Assembly: GCA_051885355.1 (NCBI GenBank)
Contig: JBJEXC010000021.1
Location: 1 to 54,161, forward strand
Direction of reading: 5' to 3'
DNA from: Alphaproteobacteria bacterium
Lineage (GTDB): Bacteria > Pseudomonadota > Alphaproteobacteria > Rs-D84 > CACZYB01
DNA: 54,161 nt
Below the pieces are notes generated by a model, which did no database searches, was not told the DNA's origin, and saw only the letters and a list, made by a program, of their open reading frames with translations. A program made the translations under genes and the position numbers. Shown piece by piece: positions 20,255 to 30,450 of the stretch. The stretch's first letter is position 1. Every line of letters begins with the position of its first letter.

Positions 20255-22096
20255 TTACTCAACCGTCACCGATTTTGCAAGGTTCCTTGGCTGATCCACA
20301 TCCTTACCCAAATAATTTGCAATATAATAAGCAAGAAGTTGCAAAGGAACACAGGTAACAAGTGGCGACAAAATCTCACTTATCTCTGGTATCCTTATTA
20401 TATAATCAAATAACTTCTCCAATCTTTCATCATTTGACGAGGTCAAAGCAATAAGCTTTGCATTTCTCGCCCTCGCCTCCTCACAATTAGAAATCATCTT
20501 ATCAAATGTTATATGATTAGGTATAAGTATCGCAAGCACTGGCATATTTTCATCCAACATAGCAATAGGTCCATGCTTTAACTCCCCAGCGGGATACGCA
20601 GTCGCATTTATATAACTTATCTCCTTTAATTTCAAGGCACCTTCCTGTGCAGTTGCAAGATTTGTTCCCCTTGCAATATAAATAAAGTCCTTAAAATGAC
20701 TTAAATCTTTCGCCATATCCTCAATTTCTTTTTTATTATTAAGTATATGCTCTATCTTTGCTGGCACAGTCAAAAGTTCTTGCTTTATTTCTTTCAATAT
20801 ATCAATATGCTTTCCTTGTTCTTCACAAAGATAAATTGCAAACAAATACAAAACTATCAATTGCGCTGTATAGGATTTAGTCGCCGCAACACTAACTTCA
20901 ATCCCAGCGTTTACAGGTATCACACTATCAGCAAGTTTGCAAATAGAACTGTCAGGCCTGTTCGTAATAATTAAAATTCTTGCACCCTTATCCCTTGCAA
21001 GTCGCATCGCAGTAATAGTATCCGCCGTTTCCCCAGATTGTGAAATTCCAATCACCAAAGATGAGGCATTTGTAGTATTATTCCTGTAAATATACTCACT
21101 TGAACTTTCAACCTCAACTGTAATTCCCGACAAATCTTCAATTATATACTTTGCAATTATACCAGCATGAAGAGATGTTCCACATGCAACAATCTTAATA
21201 TTATCTATCTTCTTATCAGATTTAAGCGTATCAAGTTCAGGAAAAACAATATTTGAATTAACATCTTTTAATCGTCCATTAAGGGCATTCCTTATAATAT
21301 TAGGTTGTTCAAAAATCTCCTTTATCATAAAATGCTTATACCCCATTTTATTAAGGCTGTCCTCTTTAATAGAAAGTTCTACAATCTTCTTATCCATAAT
21401 CTCGCCATCACAATTATAAACAACAACACTGTCCTTTTTCACAACAGCAATATCCATATCATCAAGATATATAATTTTATTTGTAACACCAATTATCGCA
21501 GGAATGTCACTTCCCACAATATTTTCATTTTCACCAACCCCAATCAAAAGAGGTGCAAAACATTTCGTTACAATCATCATATCAGGATTATCTTTGTGTA
21601 TTATACAAAGAGCATACGCCCCCTTTAACTTTTTTACCGCATTTTTAACAGCACACAAAAAATCCTTTACCTTTTCATATTCATACGCAATTAAATGAGC
21701 AACCGTTTCAGTATCAGTTTCCGATTTAAAAACAGCACCTTTTGAAGTTAATTCTTCCCTTAACTCCTTATAATTTTCAATAATACCATTATGAACTATT
21801 GCAAAATTTCCACAATTACAAGTATGAGGATGAGCATTAGACACCGTTGGCTTTCCATGGGTTGCCCATCTGATATGCCCTATACCCACAGCAGGCTTTT
21901 TAATACTTGCCCTTTCTTCATCTATTTTATCAAAAAGATTTTGTATTTTCCCAACACTTTTAAATATCTTTACCCTATCTTCATCAATAACCGCAATACC
22001 AGCGGAATCATATCCTCTATATTCAAGACTTTTAAGTCCAGAAAGTAAAATATCAGTGCAATTTTTTTCACCAATATAACCAACAATACCACACAT
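20255..22096 (-). CDS. glmS: Glutamine--fructose-6-phosphate transaminase
   Basis: MCGIVG, LEYRGYDSAG, HIRWATHG, SQSGETADT, PRNLAKSVTVE. Confidence 0.98.
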   Translation of the reverse strand: MCGIVGYIGEKNCTDILLSGLKSLEYRGYDSAGIAVIDEDRVKIFKSVGKIQNLFDKIDEERASIKKPAVGIGHIRWATHGKPTVSNAHPHTCNCGNFAIVHNGIIENYKELREELTSKGAVFKSETDTETVAHLIAYEYEKVKDFLCAVKNAVKKLKGAYALCIIHKDNPDMMIVTKCFAPLLIGVGENENIVGSDIPAIIGVTNKIIYLDDMDIAVVKKDSVVVYNCDGEIMDKKIVELSIKEDSLNKMGYKHFMIKEIFEQPNIIRNALNGRLKDVNSNIVFPELDTLKSDKKIDNIKIVACGTSLHAGIIAKYIIEDLSGITVEVESSSEYIYRNNTTNASSLVIGISQSGETADTITAMRLARDKGARILIITNRPDSSICKLADSVIPVNAGIEVSVAATKSYTAQLIVLYLFAIYLCEEQGKHIDILKEIKQELLTVPAKIEHILNNKKEIEDMAKDLSHFKDFIYIARGTNLATAQEGALKLKEISYINATAYPAGELKHGPIAMLDENMPVLAILIPNHITFDKMISNCEEARARNAKLIALTSSNDERLEKLFDYIIRIPEISEILSPLVTCVPLQLLAYYIANYLGKDVDQPRNLAKSVTVE

Positions 22097-22627
22097 TTAA
22101 ACTTCTCCTAATAATTTTAAAATTTTTAAAATATTCTCCTTATTCCTTGGCTTTACTTCCTGTATCGGACTTCCCGCATACACAGTCCAAGGTTTAAAAG
22201 GAAAATTCGAAGGAACAAAACTTAATGCACCAATACTAACCCCTTCTGGTATATGATTATTAGGCATTACAACAGAATTACTTCCAATACCTGTATATTT
22301 TTCCATAGTGACATTACCTTCTATTTCTGTAACATAAGGCACATTATGAGCAACCAAATCATTCACATAATCATTACTTGCAAGCCAAATTCTAACCCCA
22401 GAAGCAAGCGAAGAATAATCGCCCATAGAAAAAGTATGTTTTCCACCACCACCAGCAATAGACACACCAACTGCAATTTCACAGTTAGAACCAATCTTTA
22501 AAGCCGAAGATATATAGCAAAATTCAGATATACGAACATTATCGCCAACTTCAATAAGTTCAGGTTTCTTTATAATAGCAGATTTTCCAAGTATGAAATC
22601 CTTGCCGTGCTTTATTTTATTTTCCAT
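22097..22627 (-). CDS. Hexapeptide-repeat O-acyltransferase
   Basis: Left-handed beta-helix repeats, GSNSVVMP, GALSFV, YAGSP. Confidence 0.85.
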   Translation of the reverse strand: MENKIKHGKDFILGKSAIIKKPELIEVGDNVRISEFCYISSALKIGSNCEIAVGVSIAGGGGKHTFSMGDYSSLASGVRIWLASNDYVNDLVAHNVPYVTEIEGNVTMEKYTGIGSNSVVMPNNHIPEGVSIGALSFVPSNFPFKPWTVYAGSPIQEVKPRNKENILKILKLLGEV

Positions 22628-22728
22628 TTAAAATCTCTCTTTAATAATAAAAAACATATATTAAAGATAGCACTTTATTTGATTATTTTCAAAACAAGTT
22701 TTATTTCTAAATATTTCAACATATATTC

Positions 22729-23625
22729 CTATAAATCTATACCAAAGAAATATTTAGTTGCTAATCCTATAAGAAAAGATATAGTCGCCACAGATAAACT
22801 TATCCCCGTCATTTCAAAAAACCTTGACCAAAACGATTTTGATTTAACAACTGAAATATAATAATTAAATATAAATATTAAGAATATTACAACCCCTATC
22901 ATAGTAATCAAAGCGTACAAATATGCCTCCTTTGGAAAAATTAAATAAGGCAATACCAAAAATACAACTGTGAAAAAATAAGTAAGCCCAGTATAAACAC
23001 TTGCTTTCAATGCTTTTGGATTTCCATCAGCCTTTTCCGCTAAATAATTAGATGCTGCCATAGATAAAGTTGCTGCAATTCCTGTAATTATTCCAGCCAT
23101 AGCAATCAATTTTGTATTTACCAAAACAAATGTCAATCCAGCAATAGAACCTGTTAATTCTACTAAAGCATCATTTAACCCAAGCACCATTGCCCCAACA
23201 TAATTTAATCTTTCTTCATCAAGCATATCTATCAACATATGCTCATGCTCTGTCTCTTGTGCAATAATACTCTTTACCTCTGGTGCCATATGAATAACTG
23301 CAGATAATCCCTCTATATCAGAATACTCCTTTGACTCCAAAATTTTCAAAACAAATGTATAACCAAGTAAATGAAATAAAAAGATATTCCACCATACTTT
23401 CAACCTATTTGGTTTAATAAATTTTCCAGTATATTTATACCATATTTCCGCATGCATTGCTTCTTCATCAGCAATCTTTTGAAGTATTTTTCTGTTTCTT
23501 TCATCTTTAGTATGATTTGCACAATATAAATAAATAGCAGAACCAGTTGCCTCCGCCTTTTGAAACTTTATCATAATTTTTTTAAACAAATCCAAAGAAA
23601 GTTCTTTCACCATAACAATCTCCAT
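22729..23625 (-). CDS. Ferritin-like/VIT1-CCC1 membrane protein
   Basis: Two ExxH motifs (EAMH, ETEH), VLGLNDALVELTG, TM helices. Confidence 0.9.
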   Translation of the reverse strand: MEIVMVKELSLDLFKKIMIKFQKAEATGSAIYLYCANHTKDERNRKILQKIADEEAMHAEIWYKYTGKFIKPNRLKVWWNIFLFHLLGYTFVLKILESKEYSDIEGLSAVIHMAPEVKSIIAQETEHEHMLIDMLDEERLNYVGAMVLGLNDALVELTGSIAGLTFVLVNTKLIAMAGIITGIAATLSMAASNYLAEKADGNPKALKASVYTGLTYFFTVVFLVLPYLIFPKEAYLYALITMIGVVIFLIFIFNYYISVVKSKSFWSRFFEMTGISLSVATISFLIGLATKYFFGIDL

Positions 23626-23788
23626 TAAAATGAATATTCACATTAATATAAAAACTTTAACAAAAAAGTCAAGAGGAATTAAAAACTAACATTTATTATA
23701 ACAAGTTATCTTTCAATGCAAAAAATCTTGACTTATACTATAACAAAACATACAATGATACACTGATAAAATAAAGGAAATACTAGTT

Positions 23789-24766
23789 ATGAAGATATTT
23801 GATAACCTTTTAGAAATTTCTGATAATTTTGATGTTTTTGTTTTTGATGCAAATGGTGTTCTTTGGAGTGGTGACAATTTTTTTGATGGCACACTTGAAC
23901 TTCTTGAAAAATTTATGAAAAATGGCAAAATTGTTTATATACTTTCAAACTCTACTTTTCGTTCAAAATTTACCGTTGATAGATATGAACAATATGGACT
24001 TAAACAAGGTATACATTACACAAAAATAATGACTAATGGCGAAATTGTTCATGACTTTTTAATGAAGGGACTTTTGAAATTTGAAACTAAAGGTGACCCT
24101 AAAACTTATTATAACTTATTTTTCCCAAATAATGAACTTTTTGAAGGAACTAAATATAAAAAAGTTAATGATATATCAAAGGCTGATTTTGTTTATATTG
24201 GTATTCCTCGTATTCATTCAAGCCAAACAGACATTGTTGAAAATTTTAAATCTGAAATAAGCAATTTTGGTGAAAATGCAAAAACTTTCTTTGATAATGG
24301 AGATGATATCTGGTATGATTGCATTTCCGTAAAACCATTTATGGAAACAATTAACCAAGTTAAAAAGTTAGGAATTCCTGCACTTAATATAAATCCTGAT
24401 TTCACAGCAAAGGAAAATGGTAAATTTGTAACCAGACAAGGAACTATTGCAGACCACCTTAAAAAATCAGGAATTGAAGTTGTTCAATTCGGAAAACCAC
24501 TTAAAATTACATTTGAAAATGCCCTATCAGAAGTTAAAGACATTGCAAAAGATAAAATTTTGATGATTGGGGATGCAATCCCTAATGATATAAAAGGTGC
24601 AAATAACTTTGGTATAAAGTCTGCCTTAACCGTAGAAACAGGTGTAACAGCAAACGAAATTTTCACAAATAATCAAATAGATATGGAAAAACTTGAATAT
24701 TTACTAAAAAAATACGATGCAACCTGTGATTTCCTTATAAAAAGAGTTTCTCAAAAAAAATATTGA
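23789..24766 (+). CDS. HAD-IIA family hydrolase
   Basis: FDANGVLW, ILSN, NPD, GKP, MIGDAIPNDIKGA. Confidence 0.88.
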   Translation: MKIFDNLLEISDNFDVFVFDANGVLWSGDNFFDGTLELLEKFMKNGKIVYILSNSTFRSKFTVDRYEQYGLKQGIHYTKIMTNGEIVHDFLMKGLLKFETKGDPKTYYNLFFPNNELFEGTKYKKVNDISKADFVYIGIPRIHSSQTDIVENFKSEISNFGENAKTFFDNGDDIWYDCISVKPFMETINQVKKLGIPALNINPDFTAKENGKFVTRQGTIADHLKKSGIEVVQFGKPLKITFENALSEVKDIAKDKILMIGDAIPNDIKGANNFGIKSALTVETGVTANEIFTNNQIDMEKLEYLLKKYDATCDFLIKRVSQKKY

Positions 24767-24842
24767 CAATCGTTTTTTTTTGTTAATATAATATTAAAGA
24801 TTCTAAAAAGTTAGAATCATAATTATATTATAAGGATAAAAA

Positions 24843-25838
24843 ATGAATATTGTAAAAAAAACAAATATTTCCGATGGATATGCAAATATCAGTGGACTTA
24901 TTTTTGAAGGAACTAACAAAGATATCTTCTCAAATAATGTAAATGCAAATATTGATATTGCTTTTAATAATAATTGCAATTTTGCTGGCAGTGGCACTTG
25001 TAAGTGGTGTCCAAAATGTAACAAAAAAGACCCAAAAGATGATTATATAATGCCATGGGCTACATTTGAAAAATTTATTGGTGAATTAAATGAAGCCAAC
25101 TATTCTGGAAATATGTCTCTAATTCGTTATAATGAAGCATTACTTATGGATATTGATGACCTTTGTAAGCGTGTAAAATATATAAAAGATAATCTTCCAA
25201 ACTGTAAAAAAATTGGTTTCAATACCAATGGCTCACTTCTTACTCGTGAAAAATTAGATAAACTTGTTGATGCAGGTTTAACAGGTATGAACATACAAAT
25301 ATATCCAAAAAATGAAAAAGATAGGATTGAATTTGGTCGCAACTTTGCCGAAGCAGGTCGTGATGCTTATGTAAAAAAACTTGGTGTAACTCTTGACAAC
25401 AACAAAACAAAAATTATGGATGGTTACTATTACGAATGGCAAATTACCGATTACGGTAGTGATAAACAATTTGTTATGTATGCAAAAAACTTAACAAAAC
25501 TTGGTTGCAATCGTGCCGAAGCAACAAAAGCAGGTGAACAAGGTATAAGAACTGAACCATGCCCACAAATTGGACATTTCCTTGGCATTGATGCAAACGG
25601 CGATGTTTCACTTTGCACAAACTTCACAGGAGCATTAACAGAAGCACACAAACCATATATTTTCGGAAATATCAATAATGAAAAAATTTGGGATATCTAT
25701 GCTCGTGGACTTCCAATGATAAAATCTTTAACTGATGAATTTAATAAGGATAGTATTCCAACACCTTGTAAAACATGTATGTTCAAACCTCATGTTGCAC
25801 AAGTCCAAGCAGTAAAAGAAATTTTAAAGACAAGATAA
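24843..25838 (+). CDS. Radical SAM protein with SPASM/twitch domain (ends ...ILKTR)
   Basis: CNFAGSGTCKWC, YNEAL, NTNGSLL, C...IDANGDVSLC...FGNI...CKTC. Confidence 0.8.
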   Translation: MNIVKKTNISDGYANISGLIFEGTNKDIFSNNVNANIDIAFNNNCNFAGSGTCKWCPKCNKKDPKDDYIMPWATFEKFIGELNEANYSGNMSLIRYNEALLMDIDDLCKRVKYIKDNLPNCKKIGFNTNGSLLTREKLDKLVDAGLTGMNIQIYPKNEKDRIEFGRNFAEAGRDAYVKKLGVTLDNNKTKIMDGYYYEWQITDYGSDKQFVMYAKNLTKLGCNRAEATKAGEQGIRTEPCPQIGHFLGIDANGDVSLCTNFTGALTEAHKPYIFGNINNEKIWDIYARGLPMIKSLTDEFNKDSIPTPCKTCMFKPHVAQVQAVKEILKTR

Positions 25839-25848
25839 TATTCTAAAA

Positions 25849-25874
25849 AAAAGCCCCCGAAACCGAGGGCTTTT
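25849..25874. terminator. Bidirectional intrinsic terminator
   Basis: AAAAGCCC...GGGCTTTT between convergent genes. Confidence 0.7.
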
Positions 25875-25892
25875 AATTTCAAGAAAAACTAA

Positions 25893-26666
25893 TTATTTAA
25901 TCCACTTTAAGGCTTCTTCATATTCTTCTTTTGTATTTATATCAGCCGGTGCTTCTTCAATAAGTTTCATTGAATCTATAACTTGCGCGCGGATTTCCAT
26001 ACCTGCCTCTAATGCACGAAGTTGCTCCAATGCTTCCCTATCTTCTAATACACCAACAGGAAGTGAAACCATCTTTTTAAGAGATTCTGCTTTATATACA
26101 TAAATACCAATATGATGATAGAAGTTATGAGTCATAGATTTTTCAGGATTTCTGATATAAGGGGCAGGAACGCGTGTAAAATACAAACAACGAGCCTCCT
26201 TTTCACCATCTTTGATACCCATCACAATCTTTACATTGTTTGGATTGTTTATTGCTTCTTCTGATTTGAAAACCATACCACAAGTAGCAATATCACAACC
26301 AGTTCTTTCCACCATTTCTACAAGAGGAAGACAGACTGATGGATCAACATTAATATTGTCACCTTGGAAATTAACAACTATATCATACTTTGTGCCATCT
26401 GGATCAATTTCTTTAAGTGCAGCAGCAATTCTGTCAGTTCCACTTGGAAGAGCAGGATCAGTCAACACTGCCTTTGCACCAAACTTTTCACATTCATCAA
26501 TAATAGCCTTGTCACCCGCAGCAATAACAACATCACCAGGAATAACCTTTGCTACATTTTCATAAACTCTTTGAATTAATGTTTTACCATTTATATCAAG
26601 AAGAGGTTTGTTAGGAAGCCTAGTTGCCGCCATTCTAACAGGTATCATTGTAATAACTTTACTCAT
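25893..26666 (-). CDS. kdsB: CMP-Kdo synthetase
   Basis: RLPNKPL, SGTDRI, NFQGD, HIGIYVY, LEQLRALE. Confidence 0.95.
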   Translation of the reverse strand: MSKVITMIPVRMAATRLPNKPLLDINGKTLIQRVYENVAKVIPGDVVIAAGDKAIIDECEKFGAKAVLTDPALPSGTDRIAAALKEIDPDGTKYDIVVNFQGDNINVDPSVCLPLVEMVERTGCDIATCGMVFKSEEAINNPNNVKIVMGIKDGEKEARCLYFTRVPAPYIRNPEKSMTHNFYHHIGIYVYKAESLKKMVSLPVGVLEDREALEQLRALEAGMEIRAQVIDSMKLIEEAPADINTKEEYEEALKWIK

Positions 26667-26696
26667 TATAATTCCTTTCGTTATTTATTTTAAAGT

Positions 26697-27398
26697 TTAT
26701 TCTTGTGTTGTATTTTCTTCAAGCCATTTTTTAAATTCAGCAACATTTTTTACTTCTGCATCAAATTTTATATCCACAGGAGTATCAGTAGTAAATCCTG
26801 GACGACAACGAACTGCGTGCATACCAACCTTTACCGCAGTTTCACAGTTAAATATTCTGTCATCAACAAGCACAGTTTCTTCTGGCTTTAAATTATATTT
26901 TGCTAAACATTCAATAATGCGTTGCTCTTTTTCACCAACCATTGCTTTACCATGTCCAGCATCTTTTGTAGATTTTTGATGTTCAACAACTTCTATATGA
27001 ACAAATGAAAGTTCATCACCAAGAGTATCAGCAATCATCTTTCTTTTTATTTCAGCATTAAATCCAGATGACATAGTAAGTTGCATATAACCCTTTTCAT
27101 TCAATGCTTTCAAAGTTTCAACAACATTTGGATATAAAGGACGGTCAAAATAAATTTCACCAGAATTATGGCAAAAATCTTCATTCAATTCTTTTCCAAT
27201 TGTTGGATGTTGTGTAAGTTCAAGTGAACCAAATTTAGGAGCAATAGGCAAAGCCTTTGGTAAATCTTCCCACTTTAAATCTTTATATGTATCTTTATAA
27301 TGTGGATGCTCTGTTAATAATCTATAATAAGCATGGTCAAGGTTTGCAAGAACACCATCAACATCCCACATAATATTTTTTATAACAATTTTACTCAT
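26697..27398 (-). CDS. HAD-superfamily hydrolase
   Basis: Motif I WDVDGVL, motif IV LVDD; lies directly upstream of kdsB. Confidence 0.8.
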   Translation of the reverse strand: MSKIVIKNIMWDVDGVLANLDHAYYRLLTEHPHYKDTYKDLKWEDLPKALPIAPKFGSLELTQHPTIGKELNEDFCHNSGEIYFDRPLYPNVVETLKALNEKGYMQLTMSSGFNAEIKRKMIADTLGDELSFVHIEVVEHQKSTKDAGHGKAMVGEKEQRIIECLAKYNLKPEETVLVDDRIFNCETAVKVGMHAVRCRPGFTTDTPVDIKFDAEVKNVAEFKKWLEENTTQE

Positions 27399-27582
27399 TT
27401 TACTTTCCTTTCTTTTGTTTGTTAAGCAATAATGGGTTTATTATCTCATATTTTACATTTTTGTAAAGATAAAAATACTACTCTCATAACACCCAAATCT
27501 ATATTTTGACAAAAATACTTGACATATATAAAATATATAATATTATAGACATAAATAAAATAAACGAAAGAAATCAAAAAAA

Positions 27583-28617
27583 ATGAATATAAAAAATACT
27601 ATATTTAATGGAATTATGGATATAAAAGATAAATTCAATATTCTTATATTTGATGTCTATGGCGTTATTTGGAGTGGCAAAGAAATATACAAAAATGTCC
27701 CTAAAATTATGGAAAACCTTAAAAAAGAAGGCAAAATAATTTATATTCTTTCAAATGGAACTAACCTTTCTTCTGAATGGGAAAAAAATTATGCTAAAAA
27801 AGGACTTATAAAAGGGATTCATTATGATATGGCAATTACTTCTGGTGAAGTTGCAAGAAATTTCCTTTTAAATTCAGAATTAAAATTCAAAAACAATGAA
27901 AAACCTACAAATTACTACACTATTGGTATGAAAAATAAATCTTTGTTTGAAAATACTATATACAAAGAAGTTGATGATGTTAAAGACGCCGATTTCTTTT
28001 ACTTTGGAATTCCACAATTAACAGAGGAGCAAACAAAGGCAATAAACAAAGAAAAATTCTTTCTTTCCAAAATGAAAGAAGATGGAAGCAACAAAAAATA
28101 TTCAATTACTACATCTGATATTTTTAAGGATGATTTAAAGAAAGTATTAAAACTTGGACTTTCTGGTTTCAATGCAAATCCAGATATTGGCTCCCTCAAA
28201 GATGACATTGAAAACAAAACAACAAAATATGGATTGTGCCAAGGCGCACTTGTAAAAGATTATAAGGATATGGGTGGCGAAGTAGTTGAAATTGGAAAAC
28301 CTCATAAAATAGTATTTGACTACATATTTAATAAACTTAAAGAAAACAATATTAATATAAATAAAAATCGTATTGCAATCATTGGCGATACAATAAGGAC
28401 AGATATTCGTGGTGGCAACAAAGCAGGAATTAAAACAATTCTTACTGTTGGAACAGGTATAACAGGAAATAAAGTTCAAAAAAACGGCAATCTTAATTTT
28501 AAAGCCCTTAATGAAATTTACGCAAAGGAAGATGGATATCCTGACTACCTTATCCACTCTGTTGCAGGCAAACAAACAGAAACGAACTTGCTTTTAACAT
28601 CAGCAAAACAAAGATAA
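27583..28617 (+). CDS. HAD-IIA family hydrolase, paralog of 23789-24766 (ends ...SAKQR)
   Basis: FDVYGVIW, ILSN, NPD, GKP, IGDTIRTDIRG. Confidence 0.88.
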   Translation: MNIKNTIFNGIMDIKDKFNILIFDVYGVIWSGKEIYKNVPKIMENLKKEGKIIYILSNGTNLSSEWEKNYAKKGLIKGIHYDMAITSGEVARNFLLNSELKFKNNEKPTNYYTIGMKNKSLFENTIYKEVDDVKDADFFYFGIPQLTEEQTKAINKEKFFLSKMKEDGSNKKYSITTSDIFKDDLKKVLKLGLSGFNANPDIGSLKDDIENKTTKYGLCQGALVKDYKDMGGEVVEIGKPHKIVFDYIFNKLKENNININKNRIAIIGDTIRTDIRGGNKAGIKTILTVGTGITGNKVQKNGNLNFKALNEIYAKEDGYPDYLIHSVAGKQTETNLLLTSAKQR

Positions 28618-28728
28618 ACAAAAAATTACATTTCTGTAAAATTGTATTGACATTTAAAATATTTTTGTTTAATATTTAATCAAATGATTCGGAAATGAAT
28701 TATAAATTATAAAAAGAAAGGAAACAAA

Positions 28729-29514
28729 ATGAAAAATGTATCTCTTTTAAATGAACTTAACAACGAACTTCCAACTTTTGGTGTTTTGGGCGTTCCTGGA
28801 ACCGGTAAAACAACTGTAAGTAAAAAAATTGGCGAAATGCTTGGTCGTGAAGTTATCGGTGTTGATGCTACTTTAAAACAAAAAACTTTTGAAAACAAAG
28901 GTGTTATGCCAAAAGATATTATCAACAACGAAGGTGAACTTGAATGGAGAAAATATGAAAAAGAACTCCTTATGAATCAATTTGATATTAAGGAAAAAAG
29001 TGTTCTCGATTTTGGTGGTTTTGGTTCATACGATATAGGATACAAAGAAGTTTTTGATAAACTTAAAGATAACAAAGTTCAAACAGTTTTCCTTAACAAT
29101 GATATTGATGTTTCTATCAAACATTTAAAAGGTTTTGACCCAGAAGCAGTAAATCCAATTACTGGTGAAAAAGGATATGAAAACTGGGCTCGTCGTTCTG
29201 GATATGTAAAGGATGCAAAAAAGGCCGTTGAAGAAGGCAAAACTTTAGAAGAAGGTTGGATTGCTCGTCATATGGGAACTCTTAAACGTATTGATTTCAT
29301 TTATTCAAAAGCAAATTATACTTTGGATTTAAATGGTATTGATTGGAGCGTTGATTCTATTGCAAAGAAAGTTATTATGATGATTGCTATTAATAATCTT
29401 GCTACAACAGAAAAATACAATAAACTTTTTGCTGGTTGGAAGAAAGATTTCGATAAAGAAACTCAATCACAAAATATCACAAATACTTTGATTGAAAATT
29501 CAAAGCAAAGATAA
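28729..29514 (+). CDS. Shikimate-kinase-like P-loop kinase (ends ...NSKQR)
   Basis: GVPGTGKT, GELEWRKYE, DFGG. Confidence 0.7.
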   Translation: MKNVSLLNELNNELPTFGVLGVPGTGKTTVSKKIGEMLGREVIGVDATLKQKTFENKGVMPKDIINNEGELEWRKYEKELLMNQFDIKEKSVLDFGGFGSYDIGYKEVFDKLKDNKVQTVFLNNDIDVSIKHLKGFDPEAVNPITGEKGYENWARRSGYVKDAKKAVEEGKTLEEGWIARHMGTLKRIDFIYSKANYTLDLNGIDWSVDSIAKKVIMMIAINNLATTEKYNKLFAGWKKDFDKETQSQNITNTLIENSKQR

Positions 29515-29539
29515 TTATATTTAAGAAAGGACATAAACA

Positions 29540-30343
29540 ATGAAACAAGTAAGCAGAATTAAAGAACTTCAAAAAGTTTTCAATATGACAGATAAAAACT
29601 TTGAAAATTTTAAAAACTTTTTCAGTGATAAGATTGTTCTTGCTGATCACGATGGCTCAATTTGTGATACTAATCAAGTAAAAGATGAACTTTTAGGAGA
29701 ATTTTGTCGCAGTCAACTTGGGCAAACTGATAAAAATGGTGAAACAGTTCAAGATGCAACCGTAAACGCAATTCATCGTGGAGCACATGGACTTCCTATG
29801 AATATGATTTTCGTTGACATTCTAAAAACAGTTTATGGTCGTGAAATTTCTTTGGAAAAAGGTCAAGAAATTACTGAAAACCTTAACGATTATATTCGTC
29901 CTAATTATATGAACAGAAAAATGTATGATAAAGCAGGAGAATATCACGAACTTCTTCATCTTTTAGGCGTAAAACAATATATTCTTACAGGTATGGAAAA
30001 TGATATGATTGAAGCCTCACTTAAAAATCATAAAATTGATACATACTTTGATGGAATTCTTGGCTCTCAAAAAAAGAAAACTGAATGGGTTGAAGACATT
30101 ACCGCTCAATATCCAAATAAAAAGATTTTTGCAACTGGTGATGCAATGAGTGAGTATAAAGCAACAAAGAAACCAACTACAACCTTTATTGGTTTAGATT
30201 TTGAAAATAGAAAAAACAGAATTTTCCCAGAAGAAGTCAGTGTTGCTACAACCTATGATTCTTTGGTTGCAAAAATTATAATGTTAGAAAAAGCAAAGAA
30301 AAATATTCTTTCTATGGAAAACATCAATCAAAATCAAAGATAA
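29540..30343 (+). CDS. HAD-family phosphatase (ends ...NQNQR)
   Basis: DHDGSICDT, ILTG, YFDGILG, TGD. Confidence 0.8.
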   Translation: MKQVSRIKELQKVFNMTDKNFENFKNFFSDKIVLADHDGSICDTNQVKDELLGEFCRSQLGQTDKNGETVQDATVNAIHRGAHGLPMNMIFVDILKTVYGREISLEKGQEITENLNDYIRPNYMNRKMYDKAGEYHELLHLLGVKQYILTGMENDMIEASLKNHKIDTYFDGILGSQKKKTEWVEDITAQYPNKKIFATGDAMSEYKATKKPTTTFIGLDFENRKNRIFPEEVSVATTYDSLVAKIIMLEKAKKNILSMENINQNQR

Positions 30344-30450
30344 TATACTACTAATACCAAAAATTCCTTTATAAAAGGGAAAAAGGTAATGTAGATAAAC
30401 AAAAAGAAATAAACTTAACTTTAACAAAACAAAATGAAAGGAAGGCAAAA

